Origin: Candidatus Kapaibacterium sp.
Lineage (GTDB): Bacteria; Bacteroidota; Ignavibacteria; Kapaibacteriales; Kapaibacteriaceae
Direction: 5' to 3'
DNA length: 64,000 bases
Assembly: GCA_018883125.1 (NCBI GenBank)
Contig: VEQR01000005.1
Coordinates: forward strand, 689-64,688
Shown here in pieces: positions 49,601-59,624 of this stretch. Both the position numbers and the translations under genes were made by a program. Every line of letters begins with the position of its first letter. The stretch's first letter is position 1. Below the pieces are notes generated by a model, which was not told the DNA's origin, did no database searches, and was given only the letters and a program-made list of their open reading frames with translations.

Positions 49601-49749
49601 CGAATGCCGGTGGTGATGCTCAGTCGGCGTCAACAACCATTCGCAATGTTGGCCGCAAGGTCGGACGCAACGAACCATGTCCATGTGGCTCGGGAATGAA
49701 GTTCAAGTCGTGTCACGGGGCCGGTGGTGCCACTACCTACCCGGCATAA
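46627..49749 (+). CDS. secA: Preprotein translocase ATPase SecA
   Basis: MLKFLQSLIGGS..., GEGKT, TNMAGRGTDI and the C-terminal Zn motif CPCGSGMKFKSCHG. The ATG is at 46627. Confidence 0.95.
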   Translation: MLKFLQSLIGGSKHEKDVKELRPIVDQINAHFAQLSSISDQELRAKTDEFRQRVAEAVAELRAEAEEIRERLRTDLAMDHTERSNLYARLGANEREQFEATQQELTDILPEAFAVVKDACRRLVGHKYLVVGTEQTWDMVPYDVQLIGGIVLHQGKIAEMGTGEGKTLVSTLPLYLNAIAGRGVHLVTVNDYLARRDREWMRPVFDMLGVSTGCIQSDMRPEERKNQYGADLTWGTNNEFGFDYLRDNMVNDPQDMVQRGHWFAIVDEVDSVLIDEARTPLIISGPVTAGSTETAFVEMKPRVQRLVDAQARFVNSIVAEAEKLLATGFKEDRVNAGVNLLRANRGMPKQSKLLKLLQDPDAMKLLRDTELDYLRDQGQRMNIIDQELYFTVDEKNHQIDISEKGRELLTSSQEDPEMFVIPDIAAQMSALEGDAGVSAEEKTLKRDELMRVFSDRSDRIHIVNQLLRAYTLYVRDDEYVVQDGKIKIVDEFTGRILEGRRYSDGLHQAIEAKEGVFVEQDTQTFATVTLQNYFRLYHKLAGMTGTAETEAAEFWQIYTLDVVAIPTNRPVQRKDIDDLIYRTKREKYNAVVEAVQAELKAGRAVLVGTTSVEVSELLSKMLKRANVNHNVLNAKQHQREAEIVANAGKKGAVMIATNMAGRGTDIKLDTDVKQAGGLAIIGTERHEARRIDRQLRGRAGRQGDPGSSQFFISLEDDLMRLFGGERIAAAMQRMKVPEGEPIQSGIVTKAVENAQKKVEGNNFGIRKRLLEYDNVMNQQREVIYDRRRHALMGERLRSEILEYASELTEQWYDEHHPSNDHTSFMNTIRAKMLCEPNVTEQSFASDSKEQTLELVKEAVVEFYDRKEAMLGHDFMSQLERVAALRAVDDEWREHLRVMDDLKEGIYLRAYGQKDPILEYKQEAYRVFLELLTQINEATVSFAFKYFPQIAERPQQQAAPRPAPLPSVTSSTPTRQLRFSHPTSTSTSLGADPNAGGDAQSASTTIRNVGRKVGRNEPCPCGSGMKFKSCHGAGGATTYPA

Positions 49750-49757
49750 GAGTCCGA

Positions 49758-50912
49758 TTACTGAACCTTGTCGCCGACTCGAAGCTTCTCCGAAGGGTGC
49801 ACAATCACGTTTTCTCCTTCACGGAGTCCCGAGGTGATGGCGCTCATCAGCGCGCTGCGCCCGCCAAGGGTCACATTTCGTCTTTGTACCGTTCCGGCAT
49901 CCGCAATCAACACGTACCACTGGTCGGCGTCTCTCAGTAGGGCACCGAGCGGAACACAAGGCACATTGCGGGCCTCGGCAACTACGATCGCAGCTTCGGC
50001 ACGATAACCGTCTCCAAGCGTTGCAGGTGCATTGGAAAGGTCGGCGATGACGTACACTCGTTGCTCTTCGATACCGAGCGATGACACCTTCGTGCGCGCT
50101 GCCGGCTCGATTCGGCGCACCGTTCCATAGATGCGAGAGCCCCCTCCCCAGCCATCGAGGATGACCGTCATGCCTGGTCTGACGCGCACGGCGTCAGCAC
50201 TAAGCACATCGATCACGACTTCCAAGTGCGACGTGTCACCGATCTCAATGATGGGCATTCCGGCCATGATAGTGCGTTCGGATTGCTCGTACCTCCGGAG
50301 TACCACTCCGCCGGACGGGGCCCGCACGGCAACGCGCTGTCCTGGTCGGGCAGAGAGGATGCTTCGTGCAGCCTGCGTCTCATATCCGACGGCTCTCTCA
50401 CGTGCACGAAGTGCATCTGCTTCGCGCTGCAGCTGTTCAAACGCATCGCGCGCGTTCTCGGCCTGCTCCTTCGAGACCGCGCCGGCCTGGTCGAGGCGTC
50501 CAATCCGCTCTGCACGTCGGCGCGCCTGTTCGATCAGGGGGCTTAGGGCTGCCAGACGCTGACGAACTTCGATAATGCCCGATTCAATCGAGCGCACGCG
50601 AGCCTCGGCCTCGGAACGTTGGCGCGCATCGATCTCGGGAGGAATGATCGTTGCGACAATCTGACCGGCCACAACACTATCGCCCGCTTCGATCAGCAGC
50701 CGCTCAAGGATCCCGGTAGCCGGCATGGCAACAACGAACTTGTCGCGCACTCGCACTACCGCGTCAGCCTCTATGGTGGTCTGCAGATTCTGCCGTGTGA
50801 TGCGAACCTGTTCAACGGCGACCGGTGTTGGCAGCACGGCATAGATGATTACAGCCGCGACGACTACTGCCGTGGTGATCCATCCGAGATATCGTGGGCG
50901 CTTAAGCTTCAT
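49758..50912 (-). CDS. HlyD/MacA-type periplasmic adaptor (membrane fusion protein)
   Basis: It has an N-terminal TM helix, a coiled-coil hairpin (RQRSEAEARV...LQREADALRARE) and beta-barrel segments. It lies 2 nt downstream of the permease gene. Confidence 0.8.
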   Translation of the reverse strand: MKLKRPRYLGWITTAVVVAAVIIYAVLPTPVAVEQVRITRQNLQTTIEADAVVRVRDKFVVAMPATGILERLLIEAGDSVVAGQIVATIIPPEIDARQRSEAEARVRSIESGIIEVRQRLAALSPLIEQARRRAERIGRLDQAGAVSKEQAENARDAFEQLQREADALRARERAVGYETQAARSILSARPGQRVAVRAPSGGVVLRRYEQSERTIMAGMPIIEIGDTSHLEVVIDVLSADAVRVRPGMTVILDGWGGGSRIYGTVRRIEPAARTKVSSLGIEEQRVYVIADLSNAPATLGDGYRAEAAIVVAEARNVPCVPLGALLRDADQWYVLIADAGTVQRRNVTLGGRSALMSAITSGLREGENVIVHPSEKLRVGDKVQ

Positions 50913-50914
50913 GG

Positions 50915-53284
50915 TTATTCATGTGATTTCAGAACAGCGATCATGTCAAGTCGTCCGATCCGACGTCGGATGAAGGCACCCGTGATCACGGCCACCGTAA
51001 GGATCATCGCACAGCTGATACCAAGGTTTCGCATGCTGATGGCAAATGGAAATCGAAACAGATCGGTTGCGATGAGCGAGGGCATCCACATCGACCACAG
51101 AACGCCCCATAGCAGGCCCAGAGGCAGAGCCGCAAGTGTCAGCACAAGCTGCTCACCAAGCAGGATGATCGATACTTCTCTAGCCGTAAACCCGAGCACG
51201 CGCAGACTGGCAAGTTCATTGCCGCGTTCGCTCAGAGCAATACGAGCATTGTTGAACACCACGCCGAATGCGATCAGCGAGGCGAAGAAGACGATATAGT
51301 AATTCGATATGTCCATGAACTGCATGTAACTCTCATCGAAGCTACGCATTGCGCGCTCGCGCATGACCACGCTCGACATGGACGGCAGTTTCTTGATTGC
51401 GCGGTAAAAGTCCTGCATTCTGGCCGGATCGATCTGCAGAAAGGCACCACTGATGCTCCCCTGTTCATGCAGAAGGTTGCTCAGCAGACCTGCAGAGACA
51501 TAGACCTGAACACCCATTATGTCATCGATCACCGCCGTGACGGCTACAGTAAAAATCCTCCGCTGCTCGTCGATCTGCCGCAGCTGGATCGTGTCACCAA
51601 CACCAAAGCCCATCGCCTCGGCCATGAACCGTGAACATGCCACACCATGCCGTGGGATGTGCTGAGGCTCCCCCGACATGTCCGTCACACGATGTAGGTC
51701 GGGCATCTCCACACCTGCCGTCACTGCCGTGCGCTTTGTCATCTGTCCGGCTATCACATCAACGGCAATGGCACGAAAGGGCTCAACGGCCATCACACCC
51801 GGCAAGGCCGCCAGATCGTGGACTGCCACGTGCGATCGGGGCGTCATAAACGTCACTGCCGCATCCTCACGCGCCACCGAATTGAACTGCACGTCGAGGA
51901 TCGTTCCGAACATCTCCATGAAGTAGCGCCCAAGCACAAGTAGCGACAAGGCAAGGGCAATGGTCATCAGGCTCACGCCTGCTCGCAGGGGGCGACGCAT
52001 TACGTTGCGCACGATCATCGACGTGACCGGACCAAAGAACCTCGTCAGACCGCTGCGCTCAAGGATGCCCCCTCGATACGAACGCGGCGCCTCCGGACGC
52101 ATCGCCTCGGCCGGCGGCAGTCGAACAATGGCGCGCACTGCGGCGATGGCACCGAGTGATGCTGCCAGCAGACTCATGATGATCGCGCTGATCACCACCA
52201 GTACCGGCATGTCGAACTCCAGGACCGGAAGACGATAGAAGTCGAGATACATCTGCACGAGTTTGATGCCGATGTACACGCCCCCTGCCAGACCAAGCAC
52301 GGTGCCCCCGGCAACGGCCACAATGGCAAATCCAACGTAGTGCATTGAGATGCGAGCATTGCTGTAGCCAAACGCCTTCAGAATGGCGATGTAAGCACGC
52401 TGAGTGGTGACAAATCGCAGCAGCGAGATGTTCAAGAGGAAGATCGCCACGCCGAGAAAGATCAATGGAACGATCAGCGCAGTGAGCGAAAGCTGGCGGA
52501 TCTCGTCGGAGAGAAACTTGTGCGACATCTGGTCTGCCCTGGCGATCGCTCCCGTCGATCCGTACGGCCGAAGCAGAACGTCCAGCCGATCGATCGTAGC
52601 ACTCACACTCGATCCCGGTGCAAGATCGATCGACGCGCTATTCCACGCGCCCGACATGTCGTAGAGTGCCGACAGTGCATCATGCCCCATCCACATGACG
52701 GCGAATCGCTTGTTGTCGATCAGCATCGAACCGGGCACAAGCTCCAGAATCCACTCTGGAGACAGAGCGGTGGCCACGATGCGCAGGGGCTTCCACCTCC
52801 CGTTGATGACGGCATTGACCGTGTCGCCCACACGAAAACCGTTGGCTGTGGCAAAGGCATAGGAAACGATCACCTCGTCCGATGCTCGCGGCTCGATCCA
52901 ACGTCCCGACTTCAGGCTCAGCCGATTGATAGTGGGCTGGGCGTCATTCGGCACGCTGGTGATGATGCCGCCAGCCGGCTCGATTAGCCCCGGAATGTCG
53001 ATCACCACACTGGCCACTACACGAAGATCCACGCTCGTTACACCATCGATCGATGCGATGCGCTCTCGCAGCGCCTCGGGTGCGCGCCTGACCTGTACCC
53101 AGACATCACCGAAGTTCGACGCATCGTAATAGGCCTGTTGTGACAGAACAAGAGAAGAATGTGTGCTTTGGAAAGCCACATAGTTGGCAATGCCGGCGGC
53201 GATCACAAGGATGATCGCGATCATCTGTCCGCGCATGTGACGGACCTCCCGAAAGAGCTTGATGGTGAGCGTGGGCATCACCAT
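50915..53284 (-). CDS. ABC transporter permease with duplicated FtsX-like domains (MacB/YbbP-like)
   Basis: The 789-aa product has two blocks of 4 TM helices, each preceded by a large extracytoplasmic domain. It overlaps the stop of the ATPase gene. Confidence 0.85.
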   Translation of the reverse strand: MVMPTLTIKLFREVRHMRGQMIAIILVIAAGIANYVAFQSTHSSLVLSQQAYYDASNFGDVWVQVRRAPEALRERIASIDGVTSVDLRVVASVVIDIPGLIEPAGGIITSVPNDAQPTINRLSLKSGRWIEPRASDEVIVSYAFATANGFRVGDTVNAVINGRWKPLRIVATALSPEWILELVPGSMLIDNKRFAVMWMGHDALSALYDMSGAWNSASIDLAPGSSVSATIDRLDVLLRPYGSTGAIARADQMSHKFLSDEIRQLSLTALIVPLIFLGVAIFLLNISLLRFVTTQRAYIAILKAFGYSNARISMHYVGFAIVAVAGGTVLGLAGGVYIGIKLVQMYLDFYRLPVLEFDMPVLVVISAIIMSLLAASLGAIAAVRAIVRLPPAEAMRPEAPRSYRGGILERSGLTRFFGPVTSMIVRNVMRRPLRAGVSLMTIALALSLLVLGRYFMEMFGTILDVQFNSVAREDAAVTFMTPRSHVAVHDLAALPGVMAVEPFRAIAVDVIAGQMTKRTAVTAGVEMPDLHRVTDMSGEPQHIPRHGVACSRFMAEAMGFGVGDTIQLRQIDEQRRIFTVAVTAVIDDIMGVQVYVSAGLLSNLLHEQGSISGAFLQIDPARMQDFYRAIKKLPSMSSVVMRERAMRSFDESYMQFMDISNYYIVFFASLIAFGVVFNNARIALSERGNELASLRVLGFTAREVSIILLGEQLVLTLAALPLGLLWGVLWSMWMPSLIATDLFRFPFAISMRNLGISCAMILTVAVITGAFIRRRIGRLDMIAVLKSHE

Positions 53285-54003
53285 GACAGCTCTCTTGGCT
53301 GTTTTCGAACTGGTGGTGAGTACTCCTCCACGATCGAACCGCTACGCATGCGCAGCACACGGTCGGCCATATCGGCGATGCTGGCATTATGCGTGATCAG
53401 AGCCACGGTGGCATCAAGTTCGCGGTGGACCATGTCGATCACTTCAAGAACCTTTACGCCCGTTTCGAAGTCCAGGGCACCCGTCGGCTCGTCGCAGAGC
53501 AACACATCCGGACGCTTTGCGATGGCACGGGCGATGGCAACACGCTGCTGTTCGCCCCCTGACATTTGCGAAGGGAAGTGGCCCATTCGATCGGCAAGAC
53601 CCACCAGCTCGAGCGCCTGACGTGGGTCCATGGGAGCGTCGACGAGATCCGTAACAAGTTTGACGTTCTCAAATGCCGTCAGACTCGGAATGATGTTGTA
53701 GAACTGGAAGACAAACCCGACCGATCTTCGACGGAACTCCGTTAGCTCGGCATCACCGGCATTGGTCAGATCCTGTTGGCGATAGTGAACCGTGCCGGAT
53801 GTCGGCACGTCTAGTCCGCCAAGAATGTTCAGAAGCGTGGACTTCCCGCTTCCCGAGGCCCCAAGGATCACAAGGAGCTCACTCTGACGAATCGAAAGCG
53901 ACACGTCATTGAGCGCAACCACATCGAGCTCTCCCATACGGTAGGACTTGGTAACGTGCTGCACATCAAACAGTATGGGGCGAGCAGAATGATCGTGATG
54001 CAT
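53278..54003 (-). CDS. ABC transporter ATP-binding protein (MacB/LolD-like)
   Basis: [12 protein letters not shown] (Walker A), [14 protein letters not shown] (signature) and [11 protein letters not shown] (Walker B). Confidence 0.9.
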   Translation of the reverse strand: MHHDHSARPILFDVQHVTKSYRMGELDVVALNDVSLSIRQSELLVILGASGSGKSTLLNILGGLDVPTSGTVHYRQQDLTNAGDAELTEFRRRSVGFVFQFYNIIPSLTAFENVKLVTDLVDAPMDPRQALELVGLADRMGHFPSQMSGGEQQRVAIARAIAKRPDVLLCDEPTGALDFETGVKVLEVIDMVHRELDATVALITHNASIADMADRVLRMRSGSIVEEYSPPVRKQPRELSW

Positions 54004-54033
54004 GCAGATTCCGATCCTAGTGACACGGCCAAT

Positions 54034-54861
54034 CTACATCGAATTCAACTGAACATCCCCCTGATGATCGATCGTCACGTAGGTGGACGGCTTATCGGTC
54101 CAGCAGCCCGAGTTGACGTACACAACATCGTCGATCTGCTTGATCCCGGGCATGTGCGTATGTCCACAATGGACAAACTGTGCTTGGTGCCGACGTTTCC
54201 CGTGACTCGTTGCGTCGTGAGCGATCTTGTCGCTGAGTCGAAGCCACTTCTTGCTCGTTCGCTTCACCCAACGGCTTACCCGGTGGTGCGGATCCATTCG
54301 CTGCAGAAGCAGATACAGCCACGAAGCAATGGCGGTGATCGTAACGTGCTTTGTGATCCACCGATCGAACTGATGTCCGTGGATGGCCAGATGACGCTTG
54401 CCGGCCACAGTGAAGACGATCTCCTCATGCACCGGCACCCCGAGTAAGTGCGTAAGGATCTCCGATACTCCGCCGTCATGGTTGCCAACCACCCAAACAA
54501 CATCAATACCGCGACGCGGATTCGACAGCCGGCGCAGGAGCGACAGGACCTTCCAGTCATCCTTGGTAAGACGCTTGAAGTTCAGATCGTCGAACACATC
54601 GCCATTCAGGATAAGACGCTTGTAGTGATGAGTCTTGAGCATCATGACCAGGGCCTTCGACCTGGCAACATCTGATCCGAGATGAAGATCCGAAATGATG
54701 ATCGTGTCAACATTCAGAACAACAGCGAGGTGAGCATCGATCCGCTCTCGCTCAGAGGTCTCGACGTCCACAACGATATCGTCATCATCCTCAACTGCGA
54801 CGTCGGAATGCATAGAGATGCTGTCGAATGTATCCCTTGGGGAAGTCATCGTGGAGTCCAT
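54034..54861 (-). CDS. Calcineurin-like metallophosphoesterase (LpxH-like annotation class)
   Basis: ISDLHLG, NGDVFDD, GNHD, HGHQFD and CGHTH are the MPP motifs. The start is uncertain (ATGs at 54861, 54849 and 54813), and all candidates overlap the upstream gene. Confidence 0.7.
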   Translation of the reverse strand: MDSTMTSPRDTFDSISMHSDVAVEDDDDIVVDVETSERERIDAHLAVVLNVDTIIISDLHLGSDVARSKALVMMLKTHHYKRLILNGDVFDDLNFKRLTKDDWKVLSLLRRLSNPRRGIDVVWVVGNHDGGVSEILTHLLGVPVHEEIVFTVAGKRHLAIHGHQFDRWITKHVTITAIASWLYLLLQRMDPHHRVSRWVKRTSKKWLRLSDKIAHDATSHGKRRHQAQFVHCGHTHMPGIKQIDDVVYVNSGCWTDKPSTYVTIDHQGDVQLNSM

Positions 54862-55555
54862 ACGCCGTTGGCTTTTCGCCGCGTGGCAGATAGGCCGTTC
54901 CAAACAGCCAGTCCCATACGGCGAACTTTGTTGAGAAGTTGCGATTGTGCGACCGCGGATCATCGGCATGATGCCAGCGGTGCATTTCGGGTCCGTTGAT
55001 CACTCGTTGCAGCCAACCGGAGCGCACGTTGATGTTCGAATGGATGTACATGCCCCACACGGCATCCACGGCCCCCTTCATCACGGCAACCTCGGGAGAA
55101 GCCAATAGCACGATGGGCAGAAACTCTACAGTCTGGTTCACAAGGATCTCCAGGCTATGCGAGCGCGACCCGCTCAGCCAATCGACTTCCGTGGTCGAGT
55201 GATGAGCCTCGTGAATGCGCCATAACAGGGAGCTGTGGTGCTGCCATCGATGGAACCAATAGATGTAGAAGTCATGAATGATCAGCATCACCCCCATCTG
55301 CAACGCTAGTGGCTGAGACCGCAACACCATTGCGCGGCTCACACCACTGTGCTCATCCACCCAAGCGATGAACCCGAAGATCACCAGCCCAAGCACGTAA
55401 CTCTGCACAATCGCATACAGTCCGAGGTCGGTCAGGAAACCACCTCGGAAAAGGGGCTGACCTGGCGTGTAAGGAAACATGCGCTCAAGGGCGATCAGCA
55501 AGCCCCCTGACAGGAGCACGATCAGCGTACAGGTCGTGGCAAGTGAGATCTCCAT
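54791..55555 (-). CDS. Fatty acid hydroxylase / sterol desaturase family membrane protein
   Basis: The histidine boxes are HDFYIYWFHRWQHH, HEAHHS and HRWHH. There are about 4 TM helices. Confidence 0.8.
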   Translation of the reverse strand: MEISLATTCTLIVLLSGGLLIALERMFPYTPGQPLFRGGFLTDLGLYAIVQSYVLGLVIFGFIAWVDEHSGVSRAMVLRSQPLALQMGVMLIIHDFYIYWFHRWQHHSSLLWRIHEAHHSTTEVDWLSGSRSHSLEILVNQTVEFLPIVLLASPEVAVMKGAVDAVWGMYIHSNINVRSGWLQRVINGPEMHRWHHADDPRSHNRNFSTKFAVWDWLFGTAYLPRGEKPTAYGLHDDFPKGYIRQHLYAFRRRS

Positions 55556-55558
55556 TGA

Positions 55559-56470
55559 TCAGGCCTCGCCACGCACGGATGACGATACACGACGCAGCTT
55601 CGAGCGCGCTCCCAGCTCGCTGTCATAGAGTCGCTTGACGCCATCGCCAAGCGAACGCTCGATCTCTCGGATGTCGCGGATCATCCTCTCAAGTCCGGCA
55701 ATCTCCACACTAGCCGCCTGGTCTGTTCCCCACATTGCGCGATCAAGCGTGATATGTCGCTCGATAAATTTTGCACCCAAGGCAACGGCGGCATACGTTG
55801 TGGCCAGACCGACCTCGTGTCCGCTGTATCCGATGATGCGGCTCGGGTACCGTTGCTGCAGCGTGTCAATCATCCGCAGGTTCAGCTCGTCCGTTGCACA
55901 GGGATAAGCCGACGTTGCATGGGCGATCATGAGGTTTGCATCTTCGAGGGCACTCGCTGCCTGATCGATCTCTTCCATCGTGGACATGCCGGTTGAGATC
56001 ATAAGGGGCTTACCGGTTGAGGCCATAGCCTTTAGCAATCCAAGATCCGTGAGAGATGCAGAGGCTGCCTTGTAGAACGGCACATCAAAATTGGCTTCCA
56101 TAAAGGCCAGTGCTTCCTCATCCCAACAGGAAACGGTCCAATCGATGCCTAACTCCTGACAAAGCGTATCGATCATCCGATAATCGTCCTCATCGAATTC
56201 CACTTTGTAGCGGTAGTCGATGTAGGTCATGCGTCCCCATGGCGTGTCTCGCTCGATCATCCACTGATCTCGCGGCACGCACAGCTCCGGTGTGCGCTTC
56301 TGAAACTTCACGCACGATGCTCCAACGCGCGCGGCACCTCGGATCATCTCGCGGGCTATGTCGAGGGATCCGTTATGATTGATGCCGATCTCGGCAATGA
56401 CATACACCGGCTGATCCTGACCGATTGCCGGTGTGAAAGGGGCTGATTGACTGCTCATGTTGTACTCCAT
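55559..56470 (-). CDS. NeuB-family (N-acylneuraminate/ulosonic acid) synthase lacking the C-terminal SAF domain
   Basis: VIAEIGINHNGSLDIAREMI...CVKFQKR is the NeuB TIM-barrel signature. The protein ends at 303 aa, where the SAF domain would begin. Confidence 0.85.
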   Translation of the reverse strand: MEYNMSSQSAPFTPAIGQDQPVYVIAEIGINHNGSLDIAREMIRGAARVGASCVKFQKRTPELCVPRDQWMIERDTPWGRMTYIDYRYKVEFDEDDYRMIDTLCQELGIDWTVSCWDEEALAFMEANFDVPFYKAASASLTDLGLLKAMASTGKPLMISTGMSTMEEIDQAASALEDANLMIAHATSAYPCATDELNLRMIDTLQQRYPSRIIGYSGHEVGLATTYAAVALGAKFIERHITLDRAMWGTDQAASVEIAGLERMIRDIREIERSLGDGVKRLYDSELGARSKLRRVSSSVRGEA

Positions 56471-56525
56471 GGTTGGTGTCGTTATCGTCTGAATTGTTAA
56501 ACCGTCCTACGGTGAACGCTCCTGC

Positions 56526-57335
56526 TTACCATGCTGTCCATCCACCATCCACCAGCAGGTTATGCCCGGTCATATACCCAGAGGCTTCGCTGGCCAGAAA
56601 GACCAGGGCCCCCTGATAGTCCGACGGCGCAGCCATGCGTCCCATCGGCGTGCGCTCGGCATAGAGCTTCTGAAAATGCTCGTTCTGGTTGTTCTCCACT
56701 CCACCCGGTGAGAGCGTATTTGCGCGCACTCCGGATCCTGCCCAGTAGGTGGCCATAAACTTTGTGAGCATCACCACGGCGCCCTTCGAGGCGGGATATG
56801 CGGCGCTCTTGTAGAAGGACTGCGTGCCGTCGGGATTGCGATACAACCGCTGATCGGGCGCAACCACTCCGTAGGTTGACGCGATGTTGATGATGGATCC
56901 GCGTCCGACTTCAGCCATGTGCGATCCGATAATCTGGCTCGTGAGAAACACTCCGGTAACGTTCACATCGAGTACTTTTCTGAACAGCGTCAACGGGTAG
57001 TTCTCGAACGCCGAAGGAGCCCCGCTGGAAAGGGGGGCTTCCACCATGTCGTTCATAGCGGCGTTGTTTACGAGAATGTCGATCCGTCCGCATTCCCGCA
57101 GGATCTGCTCTCGCAGGTCAACAAGGCCTTCGGCATCGGTCACGTCGAGGCCAAGGCCTCGGTGATGCGCACCGAGCTCCTGCACAGCAGCACGGGCCGA
57201 TTCGGCATCGCGGTCGCAGGCATAGACCGTTGCGCCGGCAGCAGCAAGTGCCCGGCAATGCTCGCGTCCGAGCAGACCGGCGGCCCCGGTGACAACTGCC
57301 ACGGTGTCCGTGAGCGCAAATAGGTCCCGCCTCAT
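56526..57335 (-). CDS. Short-chain dehydrogenase/reductase
   Basis: VTGAAGLLG, NNAA and YPASK (YxxxK). The ATG at 57335 overlaps the upstream stop (ATGA). Confidence 0.85.
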   Translation of the reverse strand: MRRDLFALTDTVAVVTGAAGLLGREHCRALAAAGATVYACDRDAESARAAVQELGAHHRGLGLDVTDAEGLVDLREQILRECGRIDILVNNAAMNDMVEAPLSSGAPSAFENYPLTLFRKVLDVNVTGVFLTSQIIGSHMAEVGRGSIINIASTYGVVAPDQRLYRNPDGTQSFYKSAAYPASKGAVVMLTKFMATYWAGSGVRANTLSPGGVENNQNEHFQKLYAERTPMGRMAAPSDYQGALVFLASEASGYMTGHNLLVDGGWTAW

Positions 57336-58663
57336 CGGTGCTCCACTGGAATACGGGGCTTGGTGTTGAACGCCCCAGTCTTTCGGAACACCGGCTCTAC
57401 ACATTTTCCACGCAAAGCAAGCGCAAGCGTGCCCATACGAACATGTTCATGCAGCATCAGAAGCACGTCGGCATACACGTCAAGCGTAAACTCAATGTCG
57501 CCCTGCGTGTGCGAAGCACTGAGATTGTGAAAGCCATTCCAGAGGATGCCATAGCGCAGCAGCTCTTGTTGTACGAATGACCGCATCATGAGCGGATCAG
57601 CTGCTGCGTCCGAGAAGGCCAACATTGTGCGGGCCCCAAGCCCCTTGACGGATGCATAGGTAATGTCGTTGGCCGCAAGGATCGAGCGGATACCTTCTCG
57701 CAGATAATCACCGTTGAGTTCGATTCGCTGCAGGACCTCACCATCCACAAGGCGGTGCAGTGTTGCTTTGGCGGCCGCCAGCGAAAGCGCCTCACCACCA
57801 AACGTGGTGAAGAAGAACACGTCGTGCTCGAGCAAACGCATGATATCTGCCTTGCCGGTAAGCACTGAAAGGGGCATACCATTGGCGACCGCCTTGGAGA
57901 AACAGGCAAGGTCAGCCTCTACCCCAAATCGCATCTGTGCTCCCCCGGGAGAGATGCGAAAGCCCGTCCACATCTCGTCGAAGATCAGCACGATGCCGCG
58001 CTGCGTGCAGAGCTGACGCAGTTCCTGGAGGAAGTTCTCCTTCGGCTCATCAAATACCATCGGCTCAAGAATGATCGCGGCCGTGTCTGCATCAATGGCG
58101 TCGTACACGCTTTGGATGTCATTATAGCTGAAGGTATACGTCAGGTTGCGCACCTCCTGCGGCACACCCATGGCCCTGTCGGTGGTAGCGATGTACCAGT
58201 CATGCCAGCCGTGATATCCACAACACAGCACGGTGGATCTTCCGGTGTAGGCACGAGCCAACCGCACGGCGGCGGAGGTGACGTCGCATCCGGTTTTCGA
58301 AAAGCGCACATGCTCGGCATTGGGGACAATGCCATGGATGAGCTCGGCCACTTCGATCTCCAGCGGATGCATCAGCGAGAAGGTGATACCGTCGTGAAGC
58401 TGCTGCTCGATCGCACGGTTGATGCCGGCATCGGCATACCCAAGAATGAGCGGACCGATGGCCATCGAGTAGTCGAGGTAGCGGTTGTCATCGACGTCCC
58501 AGATGTATGCCCCCTTGCCTCGGCGGGCATAGACCGGGGCAACGCCTCGCACGTGCTGACCGGGTCCCTTGGCAAGCGTCTGCGTCTGGGCTGGGATGAG
58601 TCGCTCAGCGCGTTGCAGTAGCTCGATTGATCTCGCAATTGGTGGGTATGTAGGTTCAGACAT
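57332..58663 (-). CDS. Class III aminotransferase (glutamate-1-semialdehyde aminomutase-like)
   Basis: GKGAYIWDVDDNRYLDY..., IFDEMWTGFR and FSKAVANG (PLP lysine). Confidence 0.85.
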   Translation of the reverse strand: MSEPTYPPIARSIELLQRAERLIPAQTQTLAKGPGQHVRGVAPVYARRGKGAYIWDVDDNRYLDYSMAIGPLILGYADAGINRAIEQQLHDGITFSLMHPLEIEVAELIHGIVPNAEHVRFSKTGCDVTSAAVRLARAYTGRSTVLCCGYHGWHDWYIATTDRAMGVPQEVRNLTYTFSYNDIQSVYDAIDADTAAIILEPMVFDEPKENFLQELRQLCTQRGIVLIFDEMWTGFRISPGGAQMRFGVEADLACFSKAVANGMPLSVLTGKADIMRLLEHDVFFFTTFGGEALSLAAAKATLHRLVDGEVLQRIELNGDYLREGIRSILAANDITYASVKGLGARTMLAFSDAAADPLMMRSFVQQELLRYGILWNGFHNLSASHTQGDIEFTLDVYADVLLMLHEHVRMGTLALALRGKCVEPVFRKTGAFNTKPRIPVEHR

Positions 58664-59624
58664 GGCTTATCTCCTGATGTGGTGAAGGGGGCTGAGCAGC
58701 GCGGTGAACGATGTCCGTAAATCGCTCGTGGATGCGGCGGGCAAGTGCCGTGGAGCTGAGTCCCTCATGCTCGAGCACCTCATTGAGCCTGCCGGGCTTG
58801 AACCATGAGGTAAAGCCGATGTTCATCACCGGCAGCATGATCTGGTGTGCGATCAGCGTTTCGGCAACAATGCTAGCCAGACCGCCTGTGAGGAAATGGT
58901 CCTCCACGGTGACGAGAAGCTCACTACGCCGTGCGGCATCACAGATGACCTCGATATCTACCGGGCGAAGCGTGCGCATGTTCACGACGCGCACATTCAG
59001 GTCATGCCGACGCAGCTGATCGGCAGCATCGATGCATTGACGTGTGAGAAATCCATACGTGAGGATCGTCACATTCGGATGATGCAGTGACGCGCCTCGC
59101 ACGGTGACGGCCCTACCTGGCACAAATGGCTCTCTGTCGATCGGCAGCTCAGGGGTATTGAGGTAGCGCACGTACCATGGTCTGCGCGACTCGAGCAGCG
59201 CGCGCATGCCATCGACGAATTCGCGTTCGTCGCATGGACAGAATACTCCCATGTTGGGCAAGCCACGCATGATCGATACGTCTTCAATGGCCTGATGTGT
59301 TGGGCCGTTGCCGTCGCTGAGGATACCCGGTACCATGCCGACCATGATCACCGGTGCATTGGTGATGGCTACATCATCACGGATGAACTCAAATGCCCGC
59401 ATCGTCAGAAATGCCGCAAGTGCATGCGTCACCACAACACGTCCGCGCACGGCCATGCCGGCCGCCATTCCGATCATGGTCTGCTCGGCAATGCCCACAT
59501 CAATGAAGCGATCACCCAGCATCGGCGGTACTGTTCGCATGTGACCACGGTTTTCGGCAGTGATCACCACAAGGCGCTCGTCCCGTGATGCGGTATCGAG
59601 CAGAAGTGTTTCGTAAGCGTTCAT
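58656..59624 (-). CDS. Transketolase, C-terminal (pyrimidine-binding) subunit
   Basis: FIDVGIAEQTMIGMAAGMAVRG. The ATG at 59624 overlaps the stop of the N-terminal subunit gene (ATGA). The 67-codon upstream extension was rejected. Confidence 0.85.
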   Translation of the reverse strand: MNAYETLLLDTASRDERLVVITAENRGHMRTVPPMLGDRFIDVGIAEQTMIGMAAGMAVRGRVVVTHALAAFLTMRAFEFIRDDVAITNAPVIMVGMVPGILSDGNGPTHQAIEDVSIMRGLPNMGVFCPCDEREFVDGMRALLESRRPWYVRYLNTPELPIDREPFVPGRAVTVRGASLHHPNVTILTYGFLTRQCIDAADQLRRHDLNVRVVNMRTLRPVDIEVICDAARRSELLVTVEDHFLTGGLASIVAETLIAHQIMLPVMNIGFTSWFKPGRLNEVLEHEGLSSTALARRIHERFTDIVHRAAQPPSPHQEISHV

